A stretch of DNA of 64,000 bases from Chloroflexota bacterium. Its GTDB lineage: Bacteria; Chloroflexota; Anaerolineae; UBA1429. The notes below the pieces were generated by a model. The model made no database searches. It was not told the DNA's origin and was given only the letters and a program-made list of their open reading frames with translations. A program made the translations under genes and the position numbers. This document shows, piece by piece, positions 54,463 through 63,787 of the stretch. The stretch is from NCBI GenBank assembly GCA_012719135.1, contig JAAYAW010000003.1, forward strand, positions 819-64,818, read 5' to 3'. Position 1 is the first letter of the stretch. The number at the start of each line of letters is the position of its first letter.

Positions 54463-55860
54463 CTACCGGGCGCCGCCCTGCACAGGCAGGCCTCGCCCCG
54501 GGGGCGGCGGCACAACGGGCTCCGAACGAAGCTGAAGCTCGGGTCCCGGGATCGGCTGCGGCCCATCCGGGGTCAGGATCATCGGCATCGGCTCCACCGG
54601 GCCCACCACCACCGGGCTGGTGATCACGGGGGCCTCGAACGCCGGCATGCCGCGCTGTGCGCGCTCGGCCGGGCGGCCGGCGGGCCGTTCGTACGCGGGC
54701 GAGCCTTCTTCAGGAGAAGCAGCAGCCAGGATGCGGGCCGCTACCGGGCCGTTCAGCGTGCGGTCGCCGGACGCAGCCACGTCCTCCAGCCAGTAGTAAT
54801 AAGTCACACCGGCCGCGACGCCGCTATCGACGTACGTGTAGCTCGCGCCCGAGACAGATCCGAGCGCCTGCGCCGGGATCATCTCGCCATTGATCTGCGT
54901 CCGGGCGCCATCAGGCGACTCGGCGCGCAGCAGGTTGAACCCTACGTTGTCGATCTCCGTGGCCGTCTCCCAGGCCAGATCGATCGTGGACTCGCGCCCC
55001 ATGGCCGTGAAGGATACCACATCCACCGCTTGCGGGATCAGGCAGATGCCCAGCGCGGTGTTGTTGGTGGTGTCCGGATCGACATTGGCCGCAGAAACGG
55101 TGGCTACGTTGATCGCGCCCTCGGCTCCCGAGTCGATGTACAGGTCGATCACCCACATCGGGTAGGCCCCCACCTTGGCAGAGAGGGCGCTATCGAGCGT
55201 GCACGTGACCGTGCCACCTTCGATCGTGCAGCTGCCCGCTGGGACTTCGCCGCCGGCCGTCAACAGCTTGGCGCTGTACCAGACGGGGCTCTCGAGCACG
55301 ATGCTCGCCGGGAGTGTGTCGACCACGGTCACCTGCGTGGCCGCATCCGGGCCCAGGTTGTACACCGAGAGGCGGTATCGCGGGCTGGTGGACGGGTACT
55401 CCTCGCAGCTCTTGGTGAGCACCAGGTCGGCGGGATCGTCATAGCAGAAGGAGACGTGGCTGATGGCGTACTGGCCACCGGGCACCGACAGCGCCGTGTC
55501 GCCCAGGGTGCCGGGGCCGTAGTAGTACACGTTGGCGCCATTGGGACCGCCCTTGGCGATCACCGCGCCCATGGCGAAGGTGGCGCTCCAGTCAAAGCTG
55601 GTGCCATAGTTGTTCAGCGTGATGCTGCCAAAGGTGCCGGCGGAGTAGGTGCCGCTCACCGGGGGGTCGATCTTGAACTCGTTCGCAAAGCCCAGCAGCG
55701 CGCAGTTGGGGTTGCCCGGGAGCTGGACTGGCACCACACTCGCGGCTTGCGCCACGGGCACCTGAAGGATCAGGCCAGCGAGGAGAAAGAGCGCTGTCAG
55801 GACAGAGAAAGCCTTGAACGAACGGCGGATAGGAGAGGTCGTGCGGTTGTGCGTAGACAT
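54463..55860 (-). CDS. Secreted cell-surface protein with a DUF11-type conserved-repeat domain, a conserved C-terminal beta-domain and a Pro-rich tail (paralog A)
   Basis: The signal peptide is MSTHN...LLAGLILQVPVAQA. DUF11-like segments include LVLTKSCEEYP...YRLSVYNLGPDAATQVTVVDTLPA and TVSAANVDPDTTNNTA. The C-terminal module is shared with 56349..57956. Confidence 0.65.
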   Translation of the reverse strand: MSTHNRTTSPIRRSFKAFSVLTALFLLAGLILQVPVAQAASVVPVQLPGNPNCALLGFANEFKIDPPVSGTYSAGTFGSITLNNYGTSFDWSATFAMGAVIAKGGPNGANVYYYGPGTLGDTALSVPGGQYAISHVSFCYDDPADLVLTKSCEEYPSTSPRYRLSVYNLGPDAATQVTVVDTLPASIVLESPVWYSAKLLTAGGEVPAGSCTIEGGTVTCTLDSALSAKVGAYPMWVIDLYIDSGAEGAINVATVSAANVDPDTTNNTALGICLIPQAVDVVSFTAMGRESTIDLAWETATEIDNVGFNLLRAESPDGARTQINGEMIPAQALGSVSGASYTYVDSGVAAGVTYYYWLEDVAASGDRTLNGPVAARILAAASPEEGSPAYERPAGRPAERAQRGMPAFEAPVITSPVVVGPVEPMPMILTPDGPQPIPGPELQLRSEPVVPPPPGRGLPVQGGAR

Positions 55861-56206
55861 GATAGATGCTCCTGTAGGATCACCAGGGCACGTGGCCCGG
55901 GAGTGGTCGTTGTGTGGGCCGTCATGGCCCCGTGCGGTTGCAAGGCGGATGCGATGTAGTGCGGCGGTATCTTGCGGCTGGCCCCTAGAGAGAGTCTCCC
56001 TCTGGGCGCTTTGCGCCGGAAGCAGTCATCCGGTGCGAAAGGCTAGGACCTATGCGCCCTTGGTCTCTCCGTATCTGCGGGCCGGGAGCCTCCTTTGCAA
56101 CGAACAACCCCTCTCGACCGCGTATCCTGTGCCCTAAAGGAGCCACCCTCTAGTGTCGCAACAGCCGCGGCAGCGAACCGCACTGACGTGCGTTAACTTC
56201 TCGTAA

Positions 56207-56235
56207 AGTATACACCGTCGGGCGCCGGATTTCAA
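56207..56235 (-). promoter_or_regulatory. Sigma70-like promoter TTGAAA-17-TATACT for surface-protein A, implying a 5' UTR of about 340 nt
   Basis: Minus-strand -35 TTGAAA is the complement of 56230-35, and -10 TATACT the complement of 56207-12, with TG immediately upstream. Confidence 0.45.
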
Positions 56236-56285
56236 GGGGTTTCGGGGCGAGGTTTACGGTGAGCTCACGTATTCGTGGGGCGGGC

Positions 56286-56326
56286 GGTGGAAAAACGAAC
56301 CGGGCCCCGCCTGCAGGCGGGGCCCG
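56286..56326 (-). terminator. Rho-independent terminator of the surface-protein B gene
   Basis: On the minus strand, the hairpin CCGGGCCCCGCC-TGCA-GGCGGGGCCCGG is followed by TTCGTTTTTCC. Confidence 0.7.
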
Positions 56327-56348
56327 GCCAGATCATCGGTGGTCGCGG

Positions 56349-57956
56349 CTAGGGAAGCCGCGTTCCCGGAAGCCGCGGTAGCGGCACTACGATCCTCGGC
56401 AGCTCACGTACCGGCGGCTGCCTTTCCGGGCGCTCGGTCACCGGCGGCACCGACGGGGGCTCCTCCGCGGGAGGAGCGCTCACGCTCAGGCTTGCCGTCA
56501 CCGGCCCGTGAATCGTCGCCGCGCCCGAGGCGTCCACGTCCTCCAGCCAGTAGTAGTAGGTTGCGCCTGCCACTACGGCGGAATCGGTATAGCTGTAGGC
56601 CGCACCGGAGACGGAGCCCAGGGCCCGCGCCGGGATCAGATCGCCGTTCAGCTTGACCCTCTCACCTTCAGCGGACTCTGCCCGGTAGAGGTTAAAGCCG
56701 ACGTTGTTCAACTCGCTGGCCGTCTCCCACGTAACCTCGATGGCCGACTCGCCGCCGACAGCGGCAAAGGACACCAGGCCCACGGCCGAGGGCACCGTGC
56801 AGATCGCGTCAGCCGAGTTGTTACCCGGGACCGGATCGATCGATGTGGTGGACACAGTGGCCGTGTTCACACCAAAGCCGGGATCGCCAGTGAACCGGAG
56901 GTCGACGACCCAGTTTGCCGTCGAGTCTTCCGCAACCTCGGCTAGCGAACCGTTCAACTGGCAGGTCACCGTCTGCCCCACGGCTGAGCAGGTGCCCAGC
57001 GCGCTTGGGACGCCGCCGACAGTGCGAGTGGAGGTCCAGCTCGCCAGCGACACACCGGCCGGGAGGGTATCCGTGATGGTTGCGCCCAGCGCGGTGCCGG
57101 GACCGTTATTCACGACTGTGATGCGATACCGCTGAGCCGGGTATGTGTAGAGCTCGCAGGCCTTGCTGATGGCGACATCTGCGGGCAGCGCGTCGATCTC
57201 GGCCCAGAGGCAGGCGCTGTTTGTGGCCTGCTCGCTGGTGAGGAAGCGAGTGCTGACCGCATCCGGATCAAACACCGTGCTGCAGCTCGCACCGCTGGTA
57301 AAGCCGTGGATGTTGACCGTGTACTCGTCTTCCCCGCACACAAAGGTCGTGTTGGCGGGTTGCTCGATCAGCACCTGGTCGGAGCAGCCGTTGCCGTTGG
57401 GCCCTTCGGGGTACTTGCAGGGACTGGCGCCATTGTCCGTCTCATCCAGATAGAACCGCGGTACAAACGAGAAGGTGGTATCGGTGATGCCGTTGCCATC
57501 GCAATCGATGGGCACGGAAACGGCGAGGTCCACCCAATCGAACCGGTTGTCGGAGGCGTAAATGGGGTTGTTGTAGTGCTTAAAGGAGCCCAGGAAGAAG
57601 GGCTCGTCCACATCCACGCCCACCACGGTGTTCACGCCGTCAAAACCGAAACCGCTCTGAGCGAGGAACTCGGTTCGAGAGTCGGGGCAGCCGTCTGAGA
57701 CGTAGGCCGGGTCCCCATAGCGGACCTGGTTCTCGTCCGTAAGGAAGCCGCCGCTGCTCTGGATCGAAGGGTTGCTGGTGCTCCACGGAAAGCTGGAGCC
57801 CGTCATGCTGGCCCAGCCATCGCATTCGGCGCCGTTGGTGTCGATACTGCTCCAGACGCCATCCACATTGCCGATCCCAAAGGCCGACACCGCGCCGGCC
57901 ACCAGAAGGAACAAACTGACTGCGATTGAGAGTGTACGTAGCCGATGTGTGTTCAC
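56349..57956 (-). CDS. Secreted cell-surface protein with a DUF11-type conserved-repeat domain, a conserved C-terminal beta-domain and a Pro-rich tail (paralog B)
   Basis: GTG start at 57956 with GGAGATG RBS. The signal peptide is MNTHRLRTLSIAVSLFLLVAGAVSA. A DUF11-like segment reads YRITVVNNGPGTALGATITDTLPAGV. The C-terminal LVSFAAVGGESAIEVTWETASELNNVGFNLYRAES...YYYWLEDVDASG is about 60% identical to paralog A. Confidence 0.65.
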   Translation of the reverse strand: MNTHRLRTLSIAVSLFLLVAGAVSAFGIGNVDGVWSSIDTNGAECDGWASMTGSSFPWSTSNPSIQSSGGFLTDENQVRYGDPAYVSDGCPDSRTEFLAQSGFGFDGVNTVVGVDVDEPFFLGSFKHYNNPIYASDNRFDWVDLAVSVPIDCDGNGITDTTFSFVPRFYLDETDNGASPCKYPEGPNGNGCSDQVLIEQPANTTFVCGEDEYTVNIHGFTSGASCSTVFDPDAVSTRFLTSEQATNSACLWAEIDALPADVAISKACELYTYPAQRYRITVVNNGPGTALGATITDTLPAGVSLASWTSTRTVGGVPSALGTCSAVGQTVTCQLNGSLAEVAEDSTANWVVDLRFTGDPGFGVNTATVSTTSIDPVPGNNSADAICTVPSAVGLVSFAAVGGESAIEVTWETASELNNVGFNLYRAESAEGERVKLNGDLIPARALGSVSGAAYSYTDSAVVAGATYYYWLEDVDASGAATIHGPVTASLSVSAPPAEEPPSVPPVTERPERQPPVRELPRIVVPLPRLPGTRLP

Positions 57957-58136
57957 GTTTGCATCTCCATTTCGAGCACAAGTCGCTGTGGTGCGATCCT
58001 GATCGCCAAAAACCGAACGGCGATAGATCCCCTCCTTTTCACATCGACCCCCCTCAACTGCGTTCGCGGGCCAGCCATGGCCGGCGGTGGCGCAGCAGAC
58101 TGTTCAGGCATTGCCATTGCCCTAAAATCTACGTTA

Positions 58137-58165
58137 ATAATAGCGGCACTCGACGTAAAATGCAA
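58137..58165 (-). promoter_or_regulatory. Sigma70-like promoter TTGCAT-17-TATTAT for surface-protein B
   Basis: Minus-strand -35 is the complement of 58160-65 and -10 the complement of 58137-42, inside an AT-rich patch. Confidence 0.45.
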
Positions 58166-58404
58166 GGGGGGAACGTAAGCAGTTGGCGAGTTGGTGGCGA
58201 GATGGTATACGCCTCGGGCGGGTTGTCCCAGGGCCCGGCCGGGAGGGCCCGTGCCACCGAGCCTCGCCGCGCTGGGGAGGGCGCTCTGTTCGTACACGGC
58301 ACGCCCGGAGTACGGGGTCAGGGAGGCTCGCTGAGAGGGCCTGGCAGGGGAGAAGATGCGTCAAGGGCCGGTGCGCAAGCGCCGGCCCTCGTTCCTGGTG
58401 AGGG

Positions 58405-59871
58405 TCAGGCCTGGTAGATCAGGCGGCCCTCCACCTCGCGGCGGAGATTCTGGTTCTCCCGGAGGTACTCCAGGAGCACGTTCCGTACGTCGGTGCTGAT
58501 CACCTTCGGCCGGCGCACTTCTGCCAACTCCTCCGGCGTAACGTCCAGGTAGGCCTTGCTGTTGCTGGAGTGGTAACCCTGCAGGCCCACCGTGTAGATG
58601 CGGTCCGGAACGACGGGTTCCGTGCCGATGGAAAGCCACGTCAGGCGCTTTTGGCCTTCGCTGTACACGGCGCGCACGGCCGAGTTCACCTGGTAGCACT
58701 CACCCTCGCCGGTGCGGTTCTCTGCCCGCATCCAGCGCTCGAACATGCGGCGCAGCGTATCCCCCTGCACGCAGTAGCGCGTCAACGTGTCCCCATAGGG
58801 GAAGGCGGAGATATAGTCGCTCAGCGTCACCAGCGGCCCGAGTTCCCGCGAGCGCACCGAGCCAGATCCCAGCAGCATCACATCGATCTCGCCGGCCTCC
58901 GCCAGGGCATCGGCAAAGAGGTTACCCAGCGCGCTCTCGGCCTCGCGTGCCGGATGCGTATGCCGCGTGGCCAGCTTGGTGACGATGGCATTGTACTTTT
59001 GATCCACCACCTTCTTGTAGGAGTCGATGTAGGCCTCCAGTTGGTGGTCGGGCTCGGCCAGGGAGCTGTCTATGGGGATCAGCCGCCACTTCCAGTCGGT
59101 GATGCTGTTGGTGTCATCATCCACCGTGATGTCAAAGCGGCCGATCTGGTCCGTGCCCACGCCCGCCTGCGTGATCAGTATGTTGTTGATCACCGTCGGC
59201 TGCTCCAGCACGGTGTGCGAGTGCCCGCCGATGATCATGTCCACGCCCCAGGCCGGATCGAGCATCGCCGCCAGTTCGCAATCGGATTCATAGCCGATAT
59301 GGGTGAGCAGGATTGTGAGGTCGATGTCATCATGCTTGTACGCCTCGATGATCTTGCCCACTTCCTGCGAGGCTTCCTCCAGCGAGACAAAGCTGCCGAT
59401 GTCCTTGTCGCGCTGGATGGCATCGATGACCTTCTCGGTGATGATGCCGATAAAGAGGATGTCCATCCCCGCCTTGTTGATGATGTGGTACGGGCGCATC
59501 AAGCGCTTGTTGTGCTTGCGGATGTACAGGTTCGCATTGACGATGGGAAAGTTGGCGATCTTTTCCAGAAAGAGCAGATGCGGCAGGCCGTAATCGAACT
59601 CGTGATTCCCGAGCGTGACGACGTCCGGGGCCAGGTAGTTCATGATCTCCATGGTGGAGATGCCCTTGTACTCGGAATCGATCACCGAGCCCTGGACCAT
59701 GTCCCCGGAGATGGCATAGATGACGTTGTTCTGCTCCTCACGGACGCGGTTGATGTAGCTGGAGAGGAGCGAGAGCCCCCCTACCAGCTTGCCCTCTGCG
59801 CCGCTGACTTCTGCCAAAAAGTCCCCGTGCATGTCGTTCGAGTGCAGTATCGTGAACCTGCGCGTGTTCAA
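58405..59871 (-). CDS. Bifunctional metallophosphatase/5'-nucleotidase (UshA/CpdB family), cytoplasmic form
   Basis: ILHSNDMHGDF, GNHEFDYG and GGHSH are calcineurin-like motifs, followed by a C-terminal 5'-nucleotidase substrate domain. TTG start at 59871 with AAAGGAG RBS. There is no signal peptide. Confidence 0.8.
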   Translation of the reverse strand: MNTRRFTILHSNDMHGDFLAEVSGAEGKLVGGLSLLSSYINRVREEQNNVIYAISGDMVQGSVIDSEYKGISTMEIMNYLAPDVVTLGNHEFDYGLPHLLFLEKIANFPIVNANLYIRKHNKRLMRPYHIINKAGMDILFIGIITEKVIDAIQRDKDIGSFVSLEEASQEVGKIIEAYKHDDIDLTILLTHIGYESDCELAAMLDPAWGVDMIIGGHSHTVLEQPTVINNILITQAGVGTDQIGRFDITVDDDTNSITDWKWRLIPIDSSLAEPDHQLEAYIDSYKKVVDQKYNAIVTKLATRHTHPAREAESALGNLFADALAEAGEIDVMLLGSGSVRSRELGPLVTLSDYISAFPYGDTLTRYCVQGDTLRRMFERWMRAENRTGEGECYQVNSAVRAVYSEGQKRLTWLSIGTEPVVPDRIYTVGLQGYHSSNSKAYLDVTPEELAEVRRPKVISTDVRNVLLEYLRENQNLRREVEGRLIYQA

Positions 59872-60055
59872 CTTTCGCTCCTTTCGAGGCTTGCGTGGAG
59901 TCTGTTCTCGATTTTACAGGACGGCGCGGGCATGTGCAATCCCTTCCTGGCTCTTGTACACGGTCGCGCCTCCCCGGATGGCCTGGCCTGGCGGTGGTGT
60001 CGGGCCCCAGCGTCTCTGGTGAGCGCATCCCTGCAGGGTGTGAGAGGCGCATCGG

Positions 60056-60064
60056 TGCTATAAT
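60056..60064 (+). promoter_or_regulatory. Extended -10 promoter TGcTATAAT for the PPC-repeat lipoprotein gene
   Basis: A consensus TATAAT with TG extension lies 84 bp upstream of ATG 60148. Confidence 0.5.
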
Positions 60065-60147
60065 GCCAGCGACGACGGTCCGCAGCAGGGCGCCCTGCGA
60101 GAGGTGCACAGGGCCAGGCGCCGCAACATGAACGGAGGTCGGATGGT

Positions 60148-61467
60148 ATGAACAGGTGGCATCGGGCGATTTCGGTGAGTGTGGTGATTGGCGTTCTGGT
60201 GTTTGCGCTGTCGGGCTGCGGTGGCGCACCCGCACAGGAAGGGGCGCCCGAGTCCGCAACGGTGGGTGCATCCGCAGAGACGGCAGCACAAAAGACGGCC
60301 ACGCCCGCGGAGGAGAGTGTCGAGGGCGAGGATCCGACCGAACCGACCGCCCCGCCCGAAGGTGCGGCGGATGAAGAGGCGGAAGAGAGCGAAGGGGAGA
60401 CCGATCTCGTCGGCACCGATCAGGATGATGCCGGTTCCGGCGGCGATGCCGGCGCATTCAGGGAGGATGCCCTGCCGATTGATCTGGCCGAGGTCTACGA
60501 AGGTTTGTTGGACGGCGATGACACGGCGGATTGGTACAGTCTGACGGTGCCGGCGAGCAGCGTCGTCCGTGTGACTTTGAGCGCCGGTCGGGAATCCGAC
60601 GGCTTGGAGTTCAGCCTGCGCAATGCGGATCTCGAGACGCTGGGGTACTCACCTTACGTCGCCCCTGGCACGGAGGAGGACTTTTCCAGCGTGCTCAGCG
60701 CGGAATCGGACGAGCAGCTCTACCTGGAGGTGCTGGGCAGTGGACCGTACACCCTGGAGGCCAGCGCGGAGGCTCAGGATGACGCGGGCAGTGGGGCCGA
60801 TGCTGGCGGCGACTCTGATGAGGCGGTCGCTCTGGGAATGGAGGAGAGCTTTAGGGGTGCCTTGGGCGGCGAGGATGTTGCGGACTGGTATGTCCTCGAC
60901 GTCCCCGATGGCAGCGCCATCTCGCTGAGCTTTACGCCCGATGCGGACGCGGATGATCACTCGATCACCCTTTATGACCCGGATCGGTACGACGTCTGGT
61001 CGGAATGGAGCGTCCCGGGCAAGGTGACCCGTGAGCTGCGCTATGCCGTGGACGCCGATCGCGGCGGCACCTACTACCTGGCCATCGATGGCGGCGCCGG
61101 CACCTATGCCGTCGAGCTTTCGATCGCCGCGCAGGACGATGCGGACTCGGGCGCCGATGCCCCGTACGATGTGGACGACGCGCTCTCGATCGATGCGGGG
61201 GAGGAGTACTCCGGGGAGATCGGCGGCTCGGACCCCGGCGATTCCTACCGCTTTGCGGCCGCTGAGGGGATGGTGGTGAGCGTCACCGCAGGCGATGACG
61301 TGGAGGATCTCCTGGTCGCTCTGTACGATAGCGAGGGCTCGGAGATCTGGTACGACTATGTCTCCGAAGACACGATCAGCTACACGCTGGAAGAGGTGCT
61401 GGATGGGGACTATGTAGTGCAGGTTGCCGACGCCACCGGCACCTATACCCTGATGATCGAGGAGTAG
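60148..61467 (+). CDS. Acidic lipoprotein built from three tandem pre-peptidase-C-terminal (PPC)-like repeats
   Basis: The signal peptide plus lipobox is VLVFALSGC. Three repeats of about 110 aa each begin (A/E)QDDA(G/D)SG(G/A)DA..., then carry a D..DWY motif, then end ...GTY.L, which matches the PPC domain pattern. Confidence 0.65.
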   Translation: MNRWHRAISVSVVIGVLVFALSGCGGAPAQEGAPESATVGASAETAAQKTATPAEESVEGEDPTEPTAPPEGAADEEAEESEGETDLVGTDQDDAGSGGDAGAFREDALPIDLAEVYEGLLDGDDTADWYSLTVPASSVVRVTLSAGRESDGLEFSLRNADLETLGYSPYVAPGTEEDFSSVLSAESDEQLYLEVLGSGPYTLEASAEAQDDAGSGADAGGDSDEAVALGMEESFRGALGGEDVADWYVLDVPDGSAISLSFTPDADADDHSITLYDPDRYDVWSEWSVPGKVTRELRYAVDADRGGTYYLAIDGGAGTYAVELSIAAQDDADSGADAPYDVDDALSIDAGEEYSGEIGGSDPGDSYRFAAAEGMVVSVTAGDDVEDLLVALYDSEGSEIWYDYVSEDTISYTLEEVLDGDYVVQVADATGTYTLMIEE

Positions 61468-61497
61468 GGCTGCGCCCTGCTTCCAGCTTTGCAAAAG

Positions 61498-61536
61498 GGC
61501 CGGCCCCAGGATGGGGCCGGCCCTTCTTTATTTGGA
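61498..61536 (+). terminator. Rho-independent terminator after the PPC lipoprotein gene (possibly bidirectional)
   Basis: The hairpin GGGCCGGCCCCA-GGA-TGGGGCCGGCCC is followed by TTCTTTATTTGG. Confidence 0.8.
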
Positions 61537-61568
61537 GGTTCTGCGGCGTCGGCGACGGGAGCCTCTAT

Positions 61569-63497
61569 CTAGAACAGCAGCCGCCAGAGGCGCATCGTCT
61601 CGGGGATGGTGAGGCCAAAGCCGAGATACTGCCCATCCAGCCAGATCTCCCAGTGGAGATGATACCCGGACGTGCTGCGATACACGCCGTCGCTTGTGCC
61701 CGAGACGCCCACATACCCCAGCGTCTGCCCCACCTCCACCTGATCTCCCACCTGCAGGTCGCTCGCGACGCGGGAGAGATGGGCATAACGGGATACCACG
61801 CCGCGCGCATGCTGAACCCAAACCTGCTGGCCGCGGAGTTTGTCCAGCAGGTGATCCGGCGTGGCATGCAGGCCCTCGATCTCTGCCATGACGGGCCCGT
61901 ATGCCTCAGGCGTCATTTCCGAGAAATCATGGTCGATGCGGATGATTGTACCGCTCGCGATGGCGCCCACGGGGCTGCCGTAGGCCAGGCCGGGCGCGTC
62001 TCCGGCGTAAAAGTCTACGCCCTCATGGATCCCGTACCGGTACATGCGCCGGGCTCCGGGGAAGGACCGCGGCCGCGCCGGGAGAATTCCGCCTTCAAAG
62101 GGCAGTGTCAGCTCGGGCACTCCGGCGAGCAGATCGACTCCGTTGAACAACCAGCGATCATCTCGCGGTACCGAGGCGCAGGCACTCGCTTCTTGGACGG
62201 CGCCGATGCGGTACAGCCTGGATCCCGCCACTACATAGATCACCCCGTCGGCCCGGGCCGCGGTACGCAGGCGCTGGACGCCGGCAACTTGCAGCTGGAT
62301 GTCCGCGGGATCGCCTTCGCCCAGGACGATTACGCGTCTCCCATCGCCATCGAGGGCGAGGAGGGCGTCGTCGCTGCTCGCCAGGTCGGCGGGCCAGCCC
62401 AGGCGGGGCAGATCCGCGGCATAGGGAGAGCCCGAACCATCGACAAGCGTGCCGTTGGCGTTCACCAGGTATAGCTGCCCATCGAGGGCTGCCAGGTCGA
62501 TCGCACGGGCGATGTAGGCGCCCTCTCTTTCGAGTTCGGGGTAGCTGGCGCCGGCCGGGAGGCGCCACAGGCGCGCGCCGTCGATATCCAGGCCGTAGGT
62601 CATGCTGCCCATCTGGGTGATGGCGACGAACTGTGGGTCCAGCCACAGTCCTGGAATGGATTCGCCCACCATTCGCACCGACCAGAGGCCCGTGGAGGGC
62701 CGGAAGCCGAACAGATCGCCGACCTTGTTGATGAGCACCAGTTCACCGGCTGTATCATCCACCGCCAGATCCATCAGCTCCTGCAGGCGGATCCCCTCGA
62801 CGATGCGCTCAGCCGGCTGGACCAACTCGGGCTCCAGAATGGAGGCCGTGGCCGGTATCTGCGAGAGGGGCAAGCGGTACAATGACCCGCCGGAAAGCAG
62901 GTACAGGACGTCGTCCAGGATGACGGCACGGGAGGCCTCGAAGGGAAGGATCAGGGCATGTTCTGTGGTGTGGGGTGCACAGGCCGAGGCCTGGATCACA
63001 GGGCACGGTGCGGATCCGGGCTCCTCTCCCCCGGGCGCGTTGCCGCCGGTGAGCAGCAGGCGCATACCGATGGAGAGCACGTTGCCGGGGTCGATCCCGT
63101 TCAGTTCGGCGAGTTCCTCGGCCGTCATGCCATAGCTGAGAGCGATCTCCGAGAGGGTTTCCCCCTCGGCGACGACGTGCTCCGCCGGCGCTGACGGCGA
63201 TGCCGTGGGCTCGGGGGTCTCCGCAGGCGCTGCCGGGCCGCTGAGATAGGCGCAGATGTCGATGTAGGGCATCGACGCTAGAAACCAGGAGGCAGCACCG
63301 ATCTCACTTGGCAAAGGGCAGCCCGGGTCGTTGTTCTCAGGGCCAGCGGCCAGCGCCGGGAGTGCGCGCCCGGCCACAAGCGCCAGCACGAATGCTGCGG
63401 TCGCGACAAGGGTGGCAAGGGAGAGTGAGCGGCGGCTGGCCCGTGGGGCTAGCCCGTGGCCGCGCTGAAGACGACCTTTACGGAGCAGATGAAGCAT
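61569..63497 (-). CDS. LysM-domain M23-family metallopeptidase (cell-wall endopeptidase)
   Basis: The LysM domain reads HVVAEGETLSEIALSYGMTAEELAELNGI. The C-terminal M23 motifs are HEGVDF and HLHWEIW. The N-terminus has a signal/anchor. The start is either ATG 63497 or ATG 63566. Confidence 0.75.
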   Translation of the reverse strand: MLHLLRKGRLQRGHGLAPRASRRSLSLATLVATAAFVLALVAGRALPALAAGPENNDPGCPLPSEIGAASWFLASMPYIDICAYLSGPAAPAETPEPTASPSAPAEHVVAEGETLSEIALSYGMTAEELAELNGIDPGNVLSIGMRLLLTGGNAPGGEEPGSAPCPVIQASACAPHTTEHALILPFEASRAVILDDVLYLLSGGSLYRLPLSQIPATASILEPELVQPAERIVEGIRLQELMDLAVDDTAGELVLINKVGDLFGFRPSTGLWSVRMVGESIPGLWLDPQFVAITQMGSMTYGLDIDGARLWRLPAGASYPELEREGAYIARAIDLAALDGQLYLVNANGTLVDGSGSPYAADLPRLGWPADLASSDDALLALDGDGRRVIVLGEGDPADIQLQVAGVQRLRTAARADGVIYVVAGSRLYRIGAVQEASACASVPRDDRWLFNGVDLLAGVPELTLPFEGGILPARPRSFPGARRMYRYGIHEGVDFYAGDAPGLAYGSPVGAIASGTIIRIDHDFSEMTPEAYGPVMAEIEGLHATPDHLLDKLRGQQVWVQHARGVVSRYAHLSRVASDLQVGDQVEVGQTLGYVGVSGTSDGVYRSTSGYHLHWEIWLDGQYLGFGLTIPETMRLWRLLF

Positions 63498-63587
63498 GGA
63501 TGATCCATTCTGTGGTGATGGGCGGATAGACGGGTACCATCCTAGGCGTCCCGCCAGTGAGGGCAAATCGCGGGGGCGGGTCAGCGC

Positions 63588-63779
63588 TTAGCGCTTGCTT
63601 CGGGCATACATGGCGGAGCCCAGCATGCCCAGCACCAGGCCGGCCAGGGAGGCCGCGTACGCGATGAAGGAGACCAGAAAGCTGGGCTGAAGGATGCCGA
63701 TCACCATGAGGAAGGGCAGGAGGGCGCCCAAGAGGACGCCCACCAACCCCAGAAGGATCAAGCGGATGGATTGGTCCAC
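63588..63779 (-). CDS. Small membrane protein (63 aa), hypothetical
   Basis: Two TM helices; it lies directly downstream of the ABC ATPase fragment. Confidence 0.4.
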   Translation of the reverse strand: MDQSIRLILLGLVGVLLGALLPFLMVIGILQPSFLVSFIAYAASLAGLVLGMLGSAMYARSKR

Positions 63780-63787
63780 CGTATCGC

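Noticed and set aside
58361-58400. Hairpin GGGCCGGTGCGCAAGCGCCGGCCC downstream of the ushA-like gene as a terminator
   Set aside because: The stem is imperfect and no U-tract follows on the minus strand. I left it unannotated as too weak.
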